A stretch of DNA of 64,000 nucleotides from positions 1 to 64,000 of the IMG/VR virus record IMGVR_UViG_3300046474_000370; one strand, 5' to 3'. A model generated the notes under the pieces. That model worked only from the letters and a program-made list of their open reading frames with translations, had not been told where the DNA came from and did no database searches. Positions 1-11,800 of this stretch are shown here, one piece after another (positions within the stretch are counted from its first letter, which is position 1; each line of letters opens with the position of its first letter). A program made the translations under genes and the position numbers. Origin of the DNA: a virus.

Positions 1-69
1 GGGGGGGCCCCCCCCCCGCCGCCCCATCCCACTTTGCCCCGCCTGTCATTGCCCTGGAGCGCCTAATCC

Positions 70-2844
70 ATGTCCAAAATCGACGATCTCGCCAACCTGC
101 CGGGCCAGCCCGCCCCCGACAACAGCCCGCGTGCCGCCCGTGGCCCGGCGCTGCCGCCGCTGCGCAGCGGGGTCGAACCGCCGGTGCTGACCGATACCGT
201 GGGCGCGCGCGGGACCGCCTATGTCGATCCGCAGCCAGGACTGCCGCGCGCCGCCACCGCCGTCGGGCGCGGCAGTCCGGCACTGCCGCCGCTCGGTGGC
301 GGGGTGGAACCGCCGGTGCTGACCGACCCGCTGCAGCCGGGCGGGACGCAGTTCGTGGAGCCGCCGACCGGCGGTGCGATCGCCAGCGGCGCGCGCACGA
401 GCACCGGCGCGCCCGCGCGGTCTGGATTCCCGCTGCCGGCCACGCCGCCGGACCGTGGTGCGGCGCTGGGCGAGGCGGTTGCCGCGCGCGGCGGCAACCT
501 GCCGCCGGTGCCCGAGGGTGGCGCCCTGCGTGCGCAGATGGGGGTGCTGACGCCGAATAACACGGCGCCGGTGGCCGACACCGTGCGCGCCGGGGCGCCG
601 TCACCGATTGCGCAGGCGGCGCTGGGCGAGCTGCCGGCCGCGCCGAGCACCCCGAACATGAACGTCAAGTCGGTCGGCTCGCCGCCGGTGCCGCCAGCGG
701 CCCCGAATGCGCAGCCGAATCCGAACGTGGCCAGCGGCCGCACCGGCGGCGCGCAGCGCACCGGCGTGCTGTCGACGCAGGCCGAGGAATTCTTGAACAG
801 CGGCGCGGCCAGCAAGATCCCCGACCAGGTCGGCAACCCGAAGCTGAACCCGGTGCCGCCGCAAGGGGTCGCCGGCGCCGATGCGGGCGCGCGTCAGGCC
901 GGGCGCGGCGCGCCGGTGCCGAACATGCCCAAGGCGGTCGAGCCGGTGGCCAGCCCGACGACGGGCACGCCGGCGGCCGGGACCGGGGCGAATGCCACCA
1001 GCGCCGGCGCCAGCGCTGCCAGCAGCGGCGGCCGCTACGGCCGCATCGCCGAGGCCGCCAGCAAGTCGGTGCGCGCGGCGCTGCCGGAAACGCTGGGCGG
1101 CACGCCGCTGGCCAGCGGCAGCAAGCTGTTGAACGGCGTGGGCAGCGCCGCGCGCTGGGTCGGCCCGGCGCTCGAGGCGGGCCAGGTGGCTGGGGTGGCG
1201 CTGGACAAGAAAAGCAGCAAGGCCGATGTGGCCGAGCAGGTCGCGGTGGGCACCGGGCGCGGAGCGTCGGCGCTGGCCGGCGCCGGTCTCGGCGGCGCCG
1301 CCGGGGCCGCCCTCGGCCCGGTCGGCGGTGTGCTGGGCGCGGTGGCCGGGGGCGCGGCCGGGTATTGGGGCGGCGACGAGGCCATCAGGAAAATCCGGTC
1401 GGTCTTCGGGCTGGATGAACGCACCCCGTATGAACGGATGCAGGAACGCCAGGCGGCGCCGCAAAAGCCGGGGAAACCGGCGGCCGGCATCGCGCAGGCA
1501 GCGGGCGCGGCGGCATCAGCGCCACCGGGCGCGAGCGTGCCGACCGTGCCGACCAGCGCCGCGGGCGCCACGCCGGCCGGCGCGACCAACTACGATGCGC
1601 TGGCCGCCCGCTACGCCAGCCTGGAGCAGGAACAGCGGGCCAGCCCGATCGCGTTCACCGCGATGGGCGGCGTCGGCGGGCATGAAATCCACTACAAGAA
1701 CGGCGATGTGGTGCGGCTCGCGAACGGGGCGCCGCTGCCGGACGATGCGGCGCGCTTTTATGCCGTGTCCGACGAAATGAATGTGCTGCGCAGCGGCCGC
1801 ATGCCGGGGCAGGCCGCTGCGCCGCAGCAGGCGCCGCAGATGCAGCCGACGCACAGCGCGCAGGCGGCCCCGGCGACAGCGCAGCCGGGCGACTTCGTGC
1901 GCGCATACGGTGGCGCGGCGCAGCGGGTCGGGCAGGCGCTCGGGGTTGACCCGAACGTGGTGCTGGGCCAGTGGGGGCTCGAAACCGGCTGGGGCAAGTC
2001 GATCATCCCCGGCACCAACAACCTCGGCAATATCAAGGACTTCTCCGGGGCGGGCGTGGCGGCCACCGACAACCAGACCGGCAGCGTGGATAAATACATG
2101 CAGTTCGCCAGCCCGGACGCGTTCGCCGACCATTATGCCGACTTGATCCGGCGCAAGTTCCCCGGCGCGGTCGGGGCCGGGGCCGATGCCGCCAAGTTCG
2201 GGGCCGGGCTGAAAGCCGGCGGCTATGCACAGGACCCGCAGTATGCGGCCAAGATCCAGGCCGCGTTCAAACTCGCGGCCGGGCAGGCGGGCGGCCAGCA
2301 GCAGGGCGGCGCCGCGCCGGCCGCGTCGGCGGGCACGGCTCCAGACTTCATGCGCGCCAAGCCGGTCCACGTCATCGAGGGCGTCAACGACTTCATGGAA
2401 ATGCCGGCGGCGGGCGGTGGGTTCGCCAAGGTGCCGATGTCGATCTACCAAGCGGGCGCGGCGCAGGGCAACGCCGCCGGGGCGCTGCAGGACTATCTGA
2501 GCAACCAAAACGCCGGCATCGCCAACCGGCAAAATCCGGCCAAGGCCGAACTGGACAAGACGATCGCCAATGCCGCGATCGCGGCGCAGTCCCATGTCCA
2601 GGCGGCGCAGGTCGGCAAGAGCCGCTACCTGGTCGCCGGCGGCGGGACCGACCCGGCCACCGGCCTGAGCATGCCGCAAGCCGTGTTCGACACCGTGCAG
2701 GGCCGGCCTGCCGACATGGCGCCGAAGACCTGGCCGATGCCGCCGGACACCGCGATCGAGGAGCTGCGCAAGGCGCCGCAGACTGCGCCGGCGTTCGACG
2801 CCACCTTCGGCCCCGGTGCCGCGCAAAAAGCAATGGGAAGGTAA
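70..2844 (+). CDS. Internal virion/ejection protein with GH73 (FlgJ-like) glucosaminidase domain
   Basis: P/A/G-rich N-terminus and a Gly-rich hydrophobic segment. Motifs VLGQWGLETGWG..NNLGNIK and GGYAQDPQYAAKI (~1890-2260). GGAG RBS upstream. Confidence 0.8.
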   Translation: MSKIDDLANLPGQPAPDNSPRAARGPALPPLRSGVEPPVLTDTVGARGTAYVDPQPGLPRAATAVGRGSPALPPLGGGVEPPVLTDPLQPGGTQFVEPPTGGAIASGARTSTGAPARSGFPLPATPPDRGAALGEAVAARGGNLPPVPEGGALRAQMGVLTPNNTAPVADTVRAGAPSPIAQAALGELPAAPSTPNMNVKSVGSPPVPPAAPNAQPNPNVASGRTGGAQRTGVLSTQAEEFLNSGAASKIPDQVGNPKLNPVPPQGVAGADAGARQAGRGAPVPNMPKAVEPVASPTTGTPAAGTGANATSAGASAASSGGRYGRIAEAASKSVRAALPETLGGTPLASGSKLLNGVGSAARWVGPALEAGQVAGVALDKKSSKADVAEQVAVGTGRGASALAGAGLGGAAGAALGPVGGVLGAVAGGAAGYWGGDEAIRKIRSVFGLDERTPYERMQERQAAPQKPGKPAAGIAQAAGAAASAPPGASVPTVPTSAAGATPAGATNYDALAARYASLEQEQRASPIAFTAMGGVGGHEIHYKNGDVVRLANGAPLPDDAARFYAVSDEMNVLRSGRMPGQAAAPQQAPQMQPTHSAQAAPATAQPGDFVRAYGGAAQRVGQALGVDPNVVLGQWGLETGWGKSIIPGTNNLGNIKDFSGAGVAATDNQTGSVDKYMQFASPDAFADHYADLIRRKFPGAVGAGADAAKFGAGLKAGGYAQDPQYAAKIQAAFKLAAGQAGGQQQGGAAPAASAGTAPDFMRAKPVHVIEGVNDFMEMPAAGGGFAKVPMSIYQAGAAQGNAAGALQDYLSNQNAGIANRQNPAKAELDKTIANAAIAAQSHVQAAQVGKSRYLVAGGGTDPATGLSMPQAVFDTVQGRPADMAPKTWPMPPDTAIEELRKAPQTAPAFDATFGPGAAQKAMGR

Positions 2845-2847
2845 GCA

Positions 2848-5800
2848 ATGGCCACCAACGACGACCAAACCAGCAACCCGTACGCCAAGTACCTCGAACA
2901 ACCGGCGGCGGCGCCGGCCGTGCCGGACCCGGCGGCGCCCAATCCGTACGCCAAGTACGTCGACCCGGCGTACCGGGCGCCGCCGCGCAATTCGGCGATC
3001 GGGACCATCCGCGACCTGGCGCTGGACGCGGTCGGGGGCGCGCTGGACATCGGCAAGCAGGGCTACGGCCTGGCCAACCTGGCCACCGGCGGCACCCTCG
3101 ACCCGGCTTCGCGCGCGCTGACCGGCGCGGCCGGGCGCGGCGTGAGCGCGGTGGGCAACTTGGTGACCGGGCAGCAGCTGGACGGGCCGACCGATGAACA
3201 GGCGCCGAGCATCGCGCAGGGCATGCAGCGGCTCGACGAGGGACTGGCCGGGGCGCAGACGCCGTTCCGCCAGCAGGTGCAGCAACAGCGCGCGCAGGCG
3301 ATCGCGCAGGCTGACGGCCCGCTGGACGAGGCCAAGGCGGCGCTCAGCGAGAGCCTGGGCAGCCCGACCATGCTGGCCGGCGACATCGTGCGCAGCGGGG
3401 CCTCGATGTTGGCGCCGGCGGTCGGCGCCGAGGCGGTGACCGCGCGCTTCGGGCCGCAGGTGTTCGAGCGCGCCGCGCAGCAGGCGCTGGCCGGCGGGGC
3501 GACCCGTGAAGCGGCGGCGGCGGCGGGGCAGGCGGCGGTCGGGCGCCTGGGCGAGCGCGCGGTGATCGGCATCACCGGGGTCGGCCAGGTGGCCGGCGGC
3601 GACGACGTCGACACCATCAACAAGGTGCTCGACACCAGCGGCCAGGCGCTGGCGGCCAACCCGGAGTACCAGCAGCTGATTGCGTCCGGCCTGAGCGATG
3701 TGGCCGCGCGCGACGAGCTGGCGCGCCAGGCGGGGCTGGTCAATGCGGCGGTGGCGGCGCCGATCTCGATGGCGGCCTCGAAGCTGACCGGGGCCGGGCG
3801 CCAGCTGGCCGAGGTGGCCACCGGCCACTATGCCGGCAAGGGCGTGCTCGACCTGCTGAAAGGCGGCGCCAGGGAAGCCGCGCAGGAAGTGCTGGAGTCG
3901 GGCGGCGAACGGCTCGGCGCCAACCTCGGCGAGCAGCAGTACGGCGACCAGTCGACCCCGACCTGGAAGGGGGTGGCGGGCGACGCGACGCTGGGCGGGC
4001 TGGCCGGCTTCTTCATGGGGGCGGGCGAGCACGTTGCCGGCGGCGAGCATGGGACCCAGCACGCGGTGCCGGCGCAGGGCCAGCAGAACGCGCCCGCCAC
4101 GACACCGGCCGCGGCGCCGGTGGTGCCGCCGGGCGCCGGGCCGAATACGCGCGCGGCCGCGGCCGGGCTCGCGGCCGGCAGCGGGGCCCAGCTGTTCCCG
4201 TTCAACACTGCCGAGGCCGCGCAGAAGCGCGCCAACGCGCAAACCAATACGACCGGCGTGGCGCACGAGGTGGTCGATCACCCGAGCGTGGCCGGCAGCT
4301 TCGCCGTGATGCCGGTGGCACCGGAGGCGGAGGCTGCCGCCGGCAAGCAGCAGCCGGCTGCGACGGCCGCGCCAAGCGTCGCGCCCCACGACGACCTGGC
4401 CGACCTGTTCGGCGCCCCGGTGGCGGCCGCGCCGGTCACGCCGGTGGATGTGGCCGCGCACGCGGCGGCCAGCTCGCCGCAGAACGAGCTGGCGCCGCCG
4501 TCCAAGGGCCAGATCGAGGCCAACAACGCCCCGCTGGGGCACGCGAAGGTGGGCGGGCTGTCGGTCTCGTTCGAGAACCCGGCCGGCTCGGTGCGCCAGG
4601 ACAAGCTGAACGACCCGCCGCAGTGGGAAACCACGCTGCAGGACCACTACGGCTACTTCAAGGGGGTGGCCGCGCGCGCGCCGGACAAGGAGCATGTCGA
4701 TGTGTTCGTCAAGCCGGGCACGCCGAAGGATTACAGCGGGCCGGCGTTCGTGGTCGACCAGAACGACGAGGACGGCAATTTCGACGAGCCGAAGGTGATT
4801 CTGGGCGCCGCTTCGCTCGACGACGCGCGCGCGACCTACCTGCGCAACTACGATGCCGGGTTCGAGAACCGGATTCGTGGCATCACGCAGCTGTCGATGC
4901 CCGAGCTGAAGGCGCGCCTGAAGGACCCGAACGGGTTCATGCAGCCGCAGCCGGCATCCATCCCGCAAAGTCCCGCCGTTCCCGCAAACGGGATCGCGCG
5001 GGAAAGCGGCCAGCCGGTGGCCGCCGACGGCCAAGGGGCGCCGACGTTCACCACGGCCAAGGGCACGACCTACACGGTCAACCCGGACGGCGGCACCGTC
5101 AGCGGCAAGGCCGCCGGGCCGTCGCAGCGCACGTTCTACCTGACCCCGGAGGACATGCAGAAGCTGGCCACGCCGTTGGCGGGCAAGGGCGGCGCGCGCC
5201 TCGGGCTGAACTTCGGCGGGGCGAACGACGACACGATCCAGCTGCGCCAGACCAAGGGCGCGGACGCCGGCAAGATGGTGCGCGACACGCTGGTGCGGCC
5301 GGCGAAGGCGCCGGCGGTCGGGCTGCACCCGCTGGAAGTGTGGCGCGATGGCACGTTTGACATTGGCGACCAGATCACCCAAATGGGCGGTGCGGCGGTG
5401 CAGCAGGCGCCGGCCGCCACCGGGGCAAGCCAGCAGGAGGCCGCGCCGCAGGTGCCGCCAGCCGAGGCCCCGGCAGGCAGCGCAGCGCTGAGCCAGCCGG
5501 AGGATGATCAGTTCGACTTGTTCGGCGAGCAGGGCGCGGGGCAATCCGCAGGCACTGTCACGCCCGTAGCGGACGCGGAAGCGCCGGCCAAGGCGGGCAA
5601 GCCGCGCCTGGCCGAGAACGCCGATGACTTGTACCGCGCGATCAAGGAAAAGACCGCGGAGGGCGTGTACGTGCCTGGGCACGGCATCCTGAATCCGGTG
5701 GTGCGCGTGCTTGGGCTGCCCGATATGCGGGTGTCGAATCAGGGTGTCGAGGCGATCGAACATGGCGGCATGGGCGTGCGCGCTGCCACCAAGGCCGAGA

Positions 5801-8800
5801 TCGACGATCTGCACGAGGCGCTGGAATACGACCAGGCGCAGGTGCTGGCAATGAGCAAGTGGGGCGGCAACCGCAGCGATACGCGGTCGCAGCCTGTGAT
5901 GGAATTGCACAGCCCGTCCGGCAACGCCTTCCAGCAACGCACGAATACGGCGCTGCCGCTTGACCAGGCCGACACCGGCTTGTCGCTCAATGATAAGGCG
6001 CAGCAGGCGCGCGACCAGGCAGGCCCCGCCACGCCCGCAGAAAGCGTCCGTTATGGCCTCAAGAACATGACCAGCGAGCGGAACGGGGCGCGCATCCGTG
6101 ATGCGAAAAAGTGGGGGTTCACCGACGACACGGTCCCGCTCTACTACACCATTTCCGATACGTGGGCGGTGGATGTGTCGTTCCCGAACTCCGAGATTGC
6201 GTTCAGTCATGGCCGTACCGGCAAGACCGGCAGCGACCTCGACGGCGCCGCTGACGCGTTCTATGTGAACGTCGCGCAGGCCCCGAATGGCAAGTGGGCG
6301 TCCGGTTTCAATTATGGCCCCGGCTACTGGAAGGCGCCGTTCAGCAGCAAGCAGTACGACACGCGCGAGCAAGCGATCGAGGGGGCCACGGCGGGCCTGA
6401 AACAATGGGTCAGGAATCTGGACGGCGTGGCCGACCTGGTGGACAAGGTGGCGGCCGAGGCGCAACAGCAGCGCACGGGCGAGCCCGCGCAGCCGGGCAA
6501 GGCGCCGCTGCCAAACGCCACCGCGCCCGAGCATGTCCAGACCGGCGTGGATGACCGTGAGCTGGACGAGATCGTGGCCGAGTTCAAAAACGCTCAGGCC
6601 GACATGATGCAGGGCGAGCACCCGGTCACGAACGTGTTCCAGCCGCCCAAGAAGGGCGAGATTTACCGGCTCGAGAAGAAGGCCGGCGTGCGGACGGAAA
6701 ACAAGAACGGCAAGAAGGTCTACCACCGCGACGCCGGCTGGATGACGGTCGAGGAAGCCAAGGCGCAGATCGCGGAGTGGAAGGCGCACGCACAGGCGCA
6801 GGGCGAGGACGAGGACAGCCGTAGCGCGAACAGCCGGCGCATCGTGCTGTCGCTGTTCGACCTCACCGGCAAGTGGTCGCAGCCGTGGGAGGACGCCGGC
6901 TATCAGGTGTACCGCTTCGACATCCAAGACAGCGACACGTACGAAGACCCGGAAACCGGCGAGGAAAAGCTGGTTGGCGACGTCAACAACATGAGCGTCG
7001 AGTTCTTCAGCGACCTGTTCGGGGACTTCGACGGCAACGATGTCTACGCGGTGCTGGCCGCCTGCCCCTGCACCGACTTTGCCGGGTCGGGCGCCAAGCA
7101 CTTCGCCGCCAAGGACGCCGACGGCCGCACGGTCGCCAGCGTCAAGCTGGTGCATCAGACGCTGGCCCTGATCGAATACTACAAGCCGCAGATTTGGGCG
7201 CTTGAGAACCCGGTCGGGCGCATCGAGGAGCTGGGCGGGCTGCCGCCGTGGCGGCTGGCGTTCGATCCGTACCAGCTGGGCGACCCGTACACCAAGAAAA
7301 CCCTGCTGTGGGGCCGTTTCAACGGCGACCTGCCGATCGCGCCGGTGTTCCCGAGCGAAGGCACGAAGATGCACGCGAAGTACGGCGGCAAGAGCCAGGC
7401 CACCAAGAACGCCCGCAGCGCGACGCCGGAGGGCTTTTCCTACAGCTTCTTCATGGCGAACAACGCGGTCGACCATCCGGTGATGGCGATCGCGAACAAA
7501 TATGACCGCCTGGACAACCAACTGATCAAGAAAGCGGTCGAGGCCGGCATCGGCGAGGACCAGATCAACGACGCGGTCGAGGACCATTACTACATGGACC
7601 AGGACGACGACGCGGCCAACGCGGCGATCCGGGAGCTGCTTGCGGAGCACGGCGCTACCGTCTCCGCCGCAGAGCCGCAGTCGGAGACCGACACCGACCG
7701 GGCTGCGGCCCTGTTGCAGTCGCTGGCGCACCAGGCCAGCCGCGGCGAACCGGCCACCAGTGCGGCCCAAGTTGGTTTGCGGGTGGCGCTCCAAAGGGAC
7801 AGCTGGGCTGAAGGCAAGACGGTCATCCAGGGCGGCGAGGTCTGGAACAAGGGCAACCTGCGCGCCACGATCGCGCCGGGCCGCGACGGCGGCATGCCGA
7901 CGATCACGATCAAGCAGCGCAAGCTGACCGCGAAGGAGCAGGCCGCCGAGGAGCAACGCCAGCGCACCGAAGCAGATCGGCAAAAGCACCGCGCCGAGGC
8001 GCGCGCGTACTGGAAGGTCGGCATGGCGGCCGCGCTGCCGGGGTTTGCCGATGTCGAGGGCAGCGACCAGAAATACACGATGGATCTGCCCGGCGTGATC
8101 GAGTCGATCGACGGCGATACCGCCGATGTGCGCATCTACGCTGCACCGGAATACGGTTACACGCAGGAAGACTACCCGCTGCACGGAAAACTGGCGCGCA
8201 AGGTGCCGCTTACCGAGCTGAGCAAGTACGGGCACGGGCTGGAGCGGCTGCAGAAGATCGTTGACGAGGGCAAGCTGGCCACCGGCGATGCCGAAGTGGC
8301 CGCGAGCGTGCGTGCGCGCACCGCCAAGGTCAAGTACCCGAACCGCAACTTCGACCTGTTCTGGCAAACCCACCCGACCGCGCTGGAAGACGCGCGCGAT
8401 CACAAGTGGTGGGCCGAGGTCGCCTTTTTGAACATGCGGCGCGGCGACACGTTCACGGCCGGCGACAAGACCTACACGGTCGAGGCGATCAAGAAGATCA
8501 AGGACGGTGAGCACACCCGCAAGGGCATGACGCTCAGGGATGATGCTGGCGGCGAGCATACGTTCTGGCCGATGGCGACGGAATGGCATAGGCTCGTGCC
8601 GCAGCTGGCCGCCCAGCTCAAGGCCGAGGACGAGCTGCCGGACACGGCCCAGCGGCCGCTGCTCGACATCCTCAAGCGGGACCCGGCCGCCCATGTGGAC
8701 GAGCAGGGCCGCGTCTACCTGCGTGACACGGCGCCAGGGGAGGAACAGCCGCAGCCTGGCCTGAAGAAGATGCAGAAGGCCAAGGAGACCAAGGGCGCCA

Positions 8801-11800
8801 AGCCCGGCCTGAAACAGATGCAGGAGGCGAAAGCGGCCAAGGACGCGCCCGCACCCACGGTGCCGCAGGCGGCAGCACCGGCCAGCCTGTTCGCCGACAA
8901 CAAGATTTTCACGCAAGATGCGGTGGACAAGGCGCGCGCGCTGCTCAAGGCCAAGCTGGGCCAGCTCAATTCGGGGATCGACCCCGAAATGCTGCAGGCC
9001 GGTATCACGATCGCCGGTGCCTACATCGAGGCCGGGGTGCGCAGTTTCGCCAAGTTCGCGAAGGCGATGGTGTCCGACCTGGGCGAAGGCGTGCGGCCGT
9101 ACCTGCGCAGCTTCTTCGAGGGCGCGCGCCATTATCCGGGGCTCGATACCAAGGGCATGACCAAGCCGGACGACATCGACGCCGCCGGCCAGCTGGGCAT
9201 CGACGAGGGCGACACGGTCGAGTATATCGGCGGCAAGACGCACAACCTTGCGCGCGGCGACCGGCGCGAAGTGGCGTGGGTGAACCCGCACCAGATCGGC
9301 TTTGCCGATGGCGGCAGCGCAAGCTATGACAGCGTGCGGCGCGGCGATTGGAAGAAGGTCGAGGTGGCGCACGAGCTGGTGCTGCCGCAGCCGCCGACGG
9401 TGGACGAGCGCAAGAACGCGCAGGTGCTGGCCGACCTGGCCGCGAATGCCGGCAACCCGGTCGACATCGACGGCCGCTTCGCGCCGGGCGTGTACGGCAC
9501 CCCGGAGCAGCCGCTGCGCTTCGTGTCGGGGATGTCGCGGCCGGCCGACTTCACGCGCCTGTTCGGCAATGGCAAGAACGTCGGCATTTCGGTGCAGGAG
9601 CTGTCGAAGGTGGCGGTGCCGCTCGTCGCGAAGCAGTTGGCGGAGGCGCAGGGCGCCTATCTGTTCGTCGATTCCGGCGCGTTCTCGACCCACATGAGCA
9701 ATGTGCGCGAGGCCGAGGCCGCCGCAAACGACCAGCGCGACGCCGCCGCGCCGCGCAAACTCGATTTCGATGCGCTGATGGCGCGCTACGAGGACCTGTC
9801 GCGCGCGGTGAGCAAGGCGAGCGACGGCATGGCGATGGGGCGCATGTTCCTGGTGATGCCCGACATCGTGGGCGACCAGGCCGGCTCGCTGGCCCTGGTC
9901 AAGCAGTACGCCGACGAGATCAACGGCTACGGGCTGCAGGCGATCATCCCCTTGCAGGGCGGGGAGCTGACGCTGACCGAAGCGTACCAGCAGATGATGC
10001 GCAATCTGGGCATGCAGCCGGACGACCATGCGCCGATCATCGGCATCCCGACCCAGGAGCTGGCGGTCTCGAACGAGGAACTGACCGACCTGCTGCGCCA
10101 GTACGGCGATTCGATCAATGGCGTGCATATCCTCGGCGCCGCTTCCGACGCGCGCCTGCAGCCGCGGCTGGCCGCGATCGAGGCCTCCGGCTACGACGGC
10201 AACGTGTCGGCCGACGCCAACCGCATCCGTGCGCTGATTACGGAGGAGCGCCCGCGCAAGCAGGCGTTCAAGCACCTCAACCAGTCGAACATGGCCGATG
10301 GCAGCCCGCAGCCGCGCGTGGTGCGCGACGACCAGCGCCCGGAACCGGGTAAACCGCTCAGTGAGTTGCAAAAGCGCAAACGCAGCGCCGAGACGGTCGA
10401 GCCGAGCGAAAAGACGCCGCAGAAGTATGGTCCGAGCGGCCGTGCGGCCCTGGCCAAGATGGCGCAGCGGGCCAATCTGTCCACCGACCCGGCGCATGAC
10501 AGCGACTCGGCCGACCTGGTCCGCTTCTTCGAGAAATACTATGAAGCTGGCCGGGATGGCAGGCAAATGCCGAAGGCCGACCTCCACCCGGATGACGCAC
10601 GTACCGCTTACGCGGCTGGCCAGAAAGATGCCGCCGCGCCGGCCAAGCCGAAAAAGGGCTTCGGCGGCGCCACGTTGCGCCAGGACTTCGGCGTCGAGCA
10701 TATCGACGGCTACGCCGAGACGGCCGAGTTCCCGCGCGAAAACCTGCACTACGACACGCCGACCGGCGGGGTCAAGGAAGCGTTCATTAAGAACGCGCGC
10801 GCCTACCTGAAGGATGTGACCGGCATGCTGCTCGATCACGGCTTCACCAACGCCACCGGGCGCGACGGCAAGGCGCTCAAGCCGGTGCGCGTCAACGAGG
10901 CCGGCCCGGCGGTATCGGGCGAGGTGTCGCTGACGATGTACCACGAGGGCGCCGAACGCGGGATTTACATCGACATCAGCGGCACCGTGGGCGGCATGAT
11001 GATCCCGGCCACGCGCTCGGGGGTGGCGGTGATGATGCGGGTGACCAAGAAGGACGACCCGTATAGCGGTGGCCAGAATATCTTTGCCGATACCAAACTG
11101 ACGGCGGCCGAGCTGGCCGACAAGGTGCGCGCTGCGGTGTTCGCCGCCAGTCCGAACCGGGATAAACTGGACGCAAGCGCTGCGCCGAACGACGACAAAG
11201 CGAAGGATGACAATGGTACTGGACCTGCAATTTCTGACCTGGCTGCGCCGGGAGTCAGCCGCACTGGCGCAGGAGTGGCCGCCGGGGGGCAAGCTGGAAC
11301 GCGACCTGCTGGCCCATTGGGCGCGCCACCGGCCGCAGATGCTGGCGCAGCTGGAAGCGGTGAAGGCGGCCGCCCCGCTGGCGCACATCCTGATCGACCG
11401 CATGATGAAGGCGACAACGGCCAACCTGCAAGCGGGGATGGCGCCGACGGACGCAACGGAACAAGCGGAACGGGACTGGTTGATGCTGGAACCGGAGTCG
11501 GAGGACCCGCCGTCGGGCCCGCCCGTGCCAATTACCACATTGGCGACCCCGAACAGCTGATCGGCGGCACGCCGAAGGTCCGGTTCGCCAACAACCGGCG
11601 CGCGATCGAGGCGTACCGCTCGATCACCGAGGAGGGCCGGGCGCCGGTCAAGGCCGACCTGGACGCGATGGCGGCCTACATCGGCTGGGGCTCGTTCGGC
11701 CAGGAGCTGTTCCAGGGTAATTGGAACACCCCGCGCCCGAAAGCCGGCTGGGAGCAGGAGGACGCGTGGCTGCGCGGCCACCTCGGCCAGCAGGAATGGG

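Noticed and set aside
1-30. G7/C10 homopolymer hairpin at the window start
   Set aside because: At the window edge with no context; may be low-quality sequence.
145-330. Direct repeat encoding PALPPL..GVEPPVLTD twice (also NPYAKY x2 at ~2875-2960 and PGLKxMQxAK x2 at ~8755-8830)
   Set aside because: Ordinary short intragenic duplications in disordered regions.
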